Shown: piece by piece, positions 58,090 through 62,571 of the stretch
Layout of the letters: the number at the start of each line of letters is the position of its first letter
Numbering within the stretch: position 1 is the stretch's first letter
Origin: Clostridium sp. CAG:451
GTDB taxonomy: Bacteria > Bacillota_I > Bacilli_A > RF39 > UBA660
Length of the DNA: 62,571 nt
NCBI GenBank assembly: GCA_000438295.1
Contig: FR901052.1
Span: 1-62,571 of the forward strand
Direction of reading: 5' to 3'
Translations under genes and position numbers: made by a program
The notes under the pieces: generated by a model
Database searches by the model: none
What the model was told of the DNA's origin: nothing
The model's input: the letters and a program-made list of their open reading frames with translations, nothing else

Positions 58090-59400
58090 TTAACTAATCA
58101 AAGTTCTATAATCTAGATTGATTTTATTTAAAATTAATTTTAATTGTTCTATATTATTTACATCAATATCAAAAGAATATAATATTTTATCCAAACTCAT
58201 ATTAGAATTAAAAGAAAGTAATATTTTTAATTTTTCCTTACTATATTTATTATTTGATATTTGTACATAAATAATATTACCAACAACAAAACCAATTAAA
58301 TAATATAAATCATAAAAGTTATCTAATATATATCTATAATAATTTTTATAATCATTAAATTCTTTTTCTATACTTTCTTCAGTTAGTGAATTATAGCCTT
58401 CTTCTATAAATGTTTGTATTTTTAAACTATATATTGTATCATAGAAAAAATTTTCATAATCTCTTAAAATTCTATTATTTAGCCTAAGACTATTAGAAAC
58501 AATTAATTGAGTAGCTATTGCAAAAGCTTCACTAAAATCAGCACGACTATCAAAATTTTGTATTTCATTTTTTGAATTACAATAATAATGATAAGCATGA
58601 CCAAGTTCATGAGCTAAAATAACAATATCAACTTTTTCGTCAGTGCTATAAATATTAATTATTGGTAACTCACCATATGCTACAGTAGTACCACTTCTAG
58701 TAGTAGATAAATATGTGTTATTTAAAAGCATTTCAATAATATCAGCATCATAAAATTCACTTAAAATACTAATAATTTTTTTCTTAGCCTCTGATAAACT
58801 AAACAAGTATGTTTTTTCATCATCTTGTTCTTTCTTTTTAATATTAGAAAAATTATCAATTAATATATGATAAGCATCATCATTAATACAAACCTTATGT
58901 TTAACATAATCCAAATATGATTTATAACCATTTTTTCTTATTTCTTGTTCTCTAGAATCAACATAATCAATTATTTTCTCAAATGGGAAATCTAACGATA
59001 CAGTACTATTATTAAACTCAAAATATATTTTATTCATCTTACTAGTACTGGGAACTAATTTATCATAGTTTTCAATTAATGAATAATATTTTGTATTATA
59101 AAAACTCTCAATGCCTATTTTTTTCCTAGCATTATTAATTATGTCATTATAACATTTCTCAAATTTAGCATAAATTTCATCACAATATTTAATCTCTTCA
59201 AAGTTATTTAACTTGTTCATTGTTATTCCATACTTATTAAACCTGTTATAAAGACTATAATATAAATCTAAAGCATCAATAACTTCCTTTGTGCTTTCAA
59301 ATTTACTACAATCTAATTTATTAGAAAAAAAGTCATTTATATCTTCCTTAACAGTTTTATCGTAACTATAGTATAGAATATTATTCTTTTTTTTAATCAT
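58090..59400 (-). CDS. M3B (oligoendopeptidase F)-like metallopeptidase, short form
   Basis: DIVILAHELGHAYHYY with the downstream FSEAFAIATQL (HExxH plus Glu). Confidence 0.6.
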   Translation of the reverse strand: MIKKKNNILYYSYDKTVKEDINDFFSNKLDCSKFESTKEVIDALDLYYSLYNRFNKYGITMNKLNNFEEIKYCDEIYAKFEKCYNDIINNARKKIGIESFYNTKYYSLIENYDKLVPSTSKMNKIYFEFNNSTVSLDFPFEKIIDYVDSREQEIRKNGYKSYLDYVKHKVCINDDAYHILIDNFSNIKKKEQDDEKTYLFSLSEAKKKIISILSEFYDADIIEMLLNNTYLSTTRSGTTVAYGELPIINIYSTDEKVDIVILAHELGHAYHYYCNSKNEIQNFDSRADFSEAFAIATQLIVSNSLRLNNRILRDYENFFYDTIYSLKIQTFIEEGYNSLTEESIEKEFNDYKNYYRYILDNFYDLYYLIGFVVGNIIYVQISNNKYSKEKLKILLSFNSNMSLDKILYSFDIDVNNIEQLKLILNKINLDYRTLIS

Positions 59401-59560
59401 ATATCACATATAATAAATCTTATAAAAACATTGCTATTGTTATTAAAGATTTTCCTTTCTATTTCTATTCTATCACATATATTAAGTATATAGGTAACTA
59501 CAAACAAATTTTCATAATATTTACTTAAAAATCAAAATTTTTTCAAATAATAAAGGAAGA

Positions 59561-61453
59561 TTAGAATCTTCCTCCACCTCCGCCTCCACCGAAGCTTCCA
59601 CCTCCACCGATTGATCCACCAGAGAATCCATCACCTGAAGATGAGCTTGAGGCTGCTATTGAACTTCTTGATGAAGATATAGCTTGATTTACTGAATTTG
59701 AAATACTATTACTTACTGCATAGCCTATATATGTAAAGTCATTATTATACATATAGTATGGATATGGATTAGTACCATTTTCACTCATAGTAGCCATTTT
59801 TATCTTCATCTGTTTAGATAATTTATCAGCACAACCTAATACAGTAGCATATACTAAATATTTATCCCAGAAAGGTACTTCTAATAATTCTTTCTCATCA
59901 AACCTTGAAAAGTCTTCTAAGAATTTCTTATGGGCCATCCACATCTTATATTCCTTGGCTCCTTTTTTAGTATAGGTTTTTTGAAAAGCTAAAATTATCA
60001 TATTAATTAAGCCAATTATTCCTGCTATTGTAGCTGGTAAGAAATCAACTTCTAATTGTATTCCTAAAAGCATTATTAAAAACCCTAATAAAGATACTAT
60101 AATAGCAATAACTTGTACTTTAGGCATCTTATCATAGTAACCTTCCGCTTTTCCAAGATTTACTCCTTCTTTAACAAAATCATTATAAAGATTCATAATA
60201 TTTCTAGCATTTAATTCTTTAGAACAATATGATTTAATCTTAGAAAGCTCAACACTTTCCCCATTTCCTATTCTATCAATAAACATCTTTTTAGCTACTT
60301 CTTCAGCTTTAGTTAGTACTACATTGCTATCTTTTTGAAAAATAAGTCGATAGTTTTTCTTATCCATATCAGTAGGTTCTACTTTTAAAACTTTTTTATA
60401 AATAAGATTTAAGATAGTAGCAGATAAACTCTTTTCCGTTACGTTTTTAGATAGAAGATACTCTAATACTTCTGGTCCATAGTCTCCTGGAAAATCACGA
60501 TAATATTCCATAGCAAAATCTGTTTTCTTAGAGTCTTTTGTTTTCTTAATTGTCAGTATAGAAAGTAGTAAAGTAACTACATACCAAATTACAGTTATTA
60601 TTTTAACAGTGTTGTTTTCTCTTGCTATTTTTTCTCTAGTAGCATTAGCTTCATCGGCAAGTTTAGTTTGATATTTAATAATATCTTCTTTAGCAGTCAT
60701 TCCACTAAACTTAGTCGCATTAGGTACTAAATCTTTATTAAATAGGATTCTAATACTTACTGGATTATAGGCTCCAACAAAGTCTGAAGTAGCAACTGCT
60801 GTTTTATTATCAGTTCTCTCCATATAACCATTAAGTGGTCCATGTAACCAAGCTCTAAAGTCACTATCTTCGCCTGGTAAATTAACTTGTACCCTAAAAT
60901 CTTTAATATTTTCTTCATACTCACTACCAAAGATATTAAAGGCATATTCTGCTATATCATTATGTACTACAATAACATTAGGAATAGTATAAGAAAGATA
61001 AAAAGCTTCATTTTTAGATGATGGATTGTAAACAAGTAGACTTACACCATTACTAGTATCTTCCCTTGTATAAACTCCACTTTCTCCTTTATTAGCATAA
61101 TTAACTAAAGTAAAGTAATTTACTGCCTCATTTAAACTATTAAAGGTTAAGTTACTATTGCTAACACTTGATATTTGTAAATCAGTAATACCGCTTCCAT
61201 TATAAATACTACTGCCTTCCAAATCACTAACACTACCGCTAAACTCTTTAGCATTGCTATTTTTATAATTTATAATTCTTCTTAATCCATTATAATTTCC
61301 ACTAAGTTCAAACAACTCCTTGACTTTAACACTACCATCTGTTTCTATATCAATATTGCTATAGAATTTCTTAGTCGTTTCAACTGCTCTCACCTGTTGT
61401 GGATTAAGTAAAAAGAAACAAGCGATAATAATAAGTAAATATCGTTTTTTCAT
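59561..61453 (-). CDS. DUF2207 membrane protein with a Gly-rich C-terminal tail
   Basis: Signal peptide, extracellular domain, TM segments, and C-terminal ...SSSSSGDGFSGGSIGGGGSFGGGGGGGRF. Lies downstream of lemA, the usual pairing. Confidence 0.8.
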   Translation of the reverse strand: MKKRYLLIIIACFFLLNPQQVRAVETTKKFYSNIDIETDGSVKVKELFELSGNYNGLRRIINYKNSNAKEFSGSVSDLEGSSIYNGSGITDLQISSVSNSNLTFNSLNEAVNYFTLVNYANKGESGVYTREDTSNGVSLLVYNPSSKNEAFYLSYTIPNVIVVHNDIAEYAFNIFGSEYEENIKDFRVQVNLPGEDSDFRAWLHGPLNGYMERTDNKTAVATSDFVGAYNPVSIRILFNKDLVPNATKFSGMTAKEDIIKYQTKLADEANATREKIARENNTVKIITVIWYVVTLLLSILTIKKTKDSKKTDFAMEYYRDFPGDYGPEVLEYLLSKNVTEKSLSATILNLIYKKVLKVEPTDMDKKNYRLIFQKDSNVVLTKAEEVAKKMFIDRIGNGESVELSKIKSYCSKELNARNIMNLYNDFVKEGVNLGKAEGYYDKMPKVQVIAIIVSLLGFLIMLLGIQLEVDFLPATIAGIIGLINMIILAFQKTYTKKGAKEYKMWMAHKKFLEDFSRFDEKELLEVPFWDKYLVYATVLGCADKLSKQMKIKMATMSENGTNPYPYYMYNNDFTYIGYAVSNSISNSVNQAISSSRSSIAASSSSSGDGFSGGSIGGGGSFGGGGGGGRF

Positions 61454-61492
61454 TTATTCTCCTCCTAAAAAGACTTGCATAAGTTAGCAAGT

Positions 61493-62050
61493 CTATTCAA
61501 ATGATACTTTTGGTGTTTCTCTATCTTTTTCATCTACTTGGAAGAATGTCTCTTCTTTAAAATGACAAAGATTAGCAACTATATTACTAGGTATAGTTTG
61601 TACTTTATTATTATAAGAAAGTACTGTATCATTATAAAATTGTCTCATCATGCTAATCTTATCTTCGCTTTCTTTTAAGTCATTTTGTAAACTCATAAAG
61701 TTTTCATTAGCTTTTAGTTCTGGATAAGCTTCAGCTAAAGCAAATAATCTGTTTAATACTCCAGATAATTCTCCATTTGCTTTCATTTCTTCTTCCTTAG
61801 TAGAAGCATTTGCTACAGCATTTCTTGCTTTTACAACATCTTCGAAAGTGCTTTTCTCATGTTTTGCATATCCTTTTACTGTTTCTACTAAATTAGGAAT
61901 AAGGTCAGCTCTTCTTTTTAATTGAACATCGATTTGACTCCATTGATCTTTTACTCTATTTCTTAGTCCTACTAATGAATTATATGTACCAATAAACCAT
62001 AGAGCAATAAGAACAACGATAACGATAACTACAATTAACCATACTGGCAT
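61493..62050 (-). CDS. lemA: LemA family protein
   Basis: N-terminal TM, then [33 protein letters not shown]... is the LemA signature. Confidence 0.9.
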   Translation of the reverse strand: MPVWLIVVIVIVVLIALWFIGTYNSLVGLRNRVKDQWSQIDVQLKRRADLIPNLVETVKGYAKHEKSTFEDVVKARNAVANASTKEEEMKANGELSGVLNRLFALAEAYPELKANENFMSLQNDLKESEDKISMMRQFYNDTVLSYNNKVQTIPSNIVANLCHFKEETFFQVDEKDRETPKVSFE

Positions 62051-62111
62051 CTTTATCTCCTCCTTACATCTTAAGTATATCCTAATTTTTTTAAAAGCAA
62101 AAGCTTTTTTA

Positions 62112-62140
62112 GTATAATATTCATTATTTTGGTAAAAATA
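62112..62140 (+). promoter_or_regulatory. Candidate forespore (sigma-F/G-type) promoter of sspI
   Basis: GTATA, 14 nt, then GGTAAAAATA. This resembles the sigma-F pattern GYATA...GGnnAnAnTa (from memory). Confidence 0.35.
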
Positions 62141-62160
62141 TGTCTAGGAGATGATAAAAA

Positions 62161-62376
62161 ATGGATTTAAGTATAAGAAACCATATTATTAATAATTTTA
62201 AAGGTGATGATTTTGATGAGCTTAAAAGAGCAATAGATGAATCAATTGCTGAAAATGATGAAGAAACATTACCTGGTATGGGTGTCTTTCTTGAACTTAT
62301 TTGGCAAGGAGCTGATGATAAATTAAAACAAGAGATGATAGAGATCATTAAAAAACAAATAAGTGATAAACAGTAA
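62161..62376 (+). CDS. sspI: Small acid-soluble spore protein I
   Basis: MDLSIRNHIINN...LPGMGVFLELIWQ closely parallels B. subtilis SspI (MDLNLRHAVI...LPGLGVLFEVIWQ). Confidence 0.85.
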   Translation: MDLSIRNHIINNFKGDDFDELKRAIDESIAENDEETLPGMGVFLELIWQGADDKLKQEMIEIIKKQISDKQ

Positions 62377-62386
62377 AAGATGGATT

Positions 62387-62571
62387 TTAACCCCATCTTT
62401 TTACTTTTTCTAACAACGGTATACCTGTCATTTCTGTGATTTTTATTGGTGTTATACCGTTATTAAGCATATTAGTGATAATAGAAGATTGCTCCTCTTC
62501 ACGGCCTTCCTCACGACCATCTTTTCTGGCTAACTTATTATAATATGCTATTTTAGCTTCTTCTTTCCACT
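62387..62571 (-). CDS. Rpn/YhgA-like PD-(D/E)XK nuclease ('transposase_31'), C-terminal fragment; the gene continues beyond the right edge
   Basis: The minus-strand translation is WKEEAKIAYYNKLARKDGREEGREEEQSSIITNMLNNGITPIKITEMTGIPLLEKVKRWG*. The charged repeat followed by an HTH-like tail is typical of this family (from memory). Confidence 0.5.
   Translation of the reverse strand, partial: WKEEAKIAYYNKLARKDGREEGREEEQSSIITNMLNNGITPIKITEMTGIPLLEKVKRWG

Noticed and set aside
57835-58116. 93-aa plus-strand ORF
   Set aside because: It is a chimera produced by the B'|A' junction. Its first half is the antisense of the DUF2207 Gly-rich tail and its second half is a copy of the gerXB C-terminus. 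It is reported as a rearrangement scar, not a gene.
60757-60945. 62-aa alternative-frame ORF inside the DUF2207 gene
   Set aside because: It is embedded out of frame in a longer supported CDS.
62124-62396. 90-aa minus-strand ORF
   Set aside because: It is antisense to sspI, which has a near-diagnostic match to B. subtilis SspI. The minus-strand translation is Ser/Leu/Ile-rich shadow sequence.

Overview
AT-rich (about 27-30% GC by eye) chromosomal window from an endospore-forming Firmicute. Evidence: sleC-like gene, gerA-type operon, sspI, sirA-like gene. The exact taxon cannot be determined here. All family calls come from motifs read in the ORF translations and from memory of the families; no searches were run.

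Layout:
(1) 1-6.1 kb: a complete type II-A CRISPR-Cas module (cas9-cas1-cas2-csn2, minus strand). The leader and only the first 25 nt of the first repeat are visible, because the array lies beyond the left edge. A divergent tracrRNA sits upstream of cas9.
(2) 6.2-34 kb: mostly minus-strand housekeeping genes. These include xseBA, nusB, a split sleC-like cortex hydrolase, gltX with tRNA-Gln, valS with a T-box, yneF, a sirA-like gene, tkt, mutS, rarA, an acyltransferase/acyl-CoA ligase operon and a MATE fusion.
(3) 34.3-40.6 kb: a genomic island beside tRNA-Thr, bounded by ~75-bp direct repeats. It carries a decayed large serine recombinase, an orphan operon of unrecognisable proteins, and a cluster of five hairpins that ends in a plus-strand terminator.
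(4) 40.7-48.6 kb: small accessory genes, mtnN, tRNA-Arg, glmS and rnr. rnr is preceded by a micro-ORF plus terminator.
(5) 48.6-50.8 kb: a decayed fic/NUDIX region downstream of tRNA-Met, with ~145-bp direct repeats.
(6) 50.9-62.6 kb: a two-component system, a gerA-type operon, a mosaic duplication scar around an M3B-like peptidase gene, DUF2207-lemA, sspI and a partial Rpn-like nuclease gene.

The best-supported system is the CRISPR-Cas9/tracrRNA module. The most novel-looking content is the orphan operon and the structured non-coding element inside the tRNA-Thr island. Their function cannot be read from the sequence.
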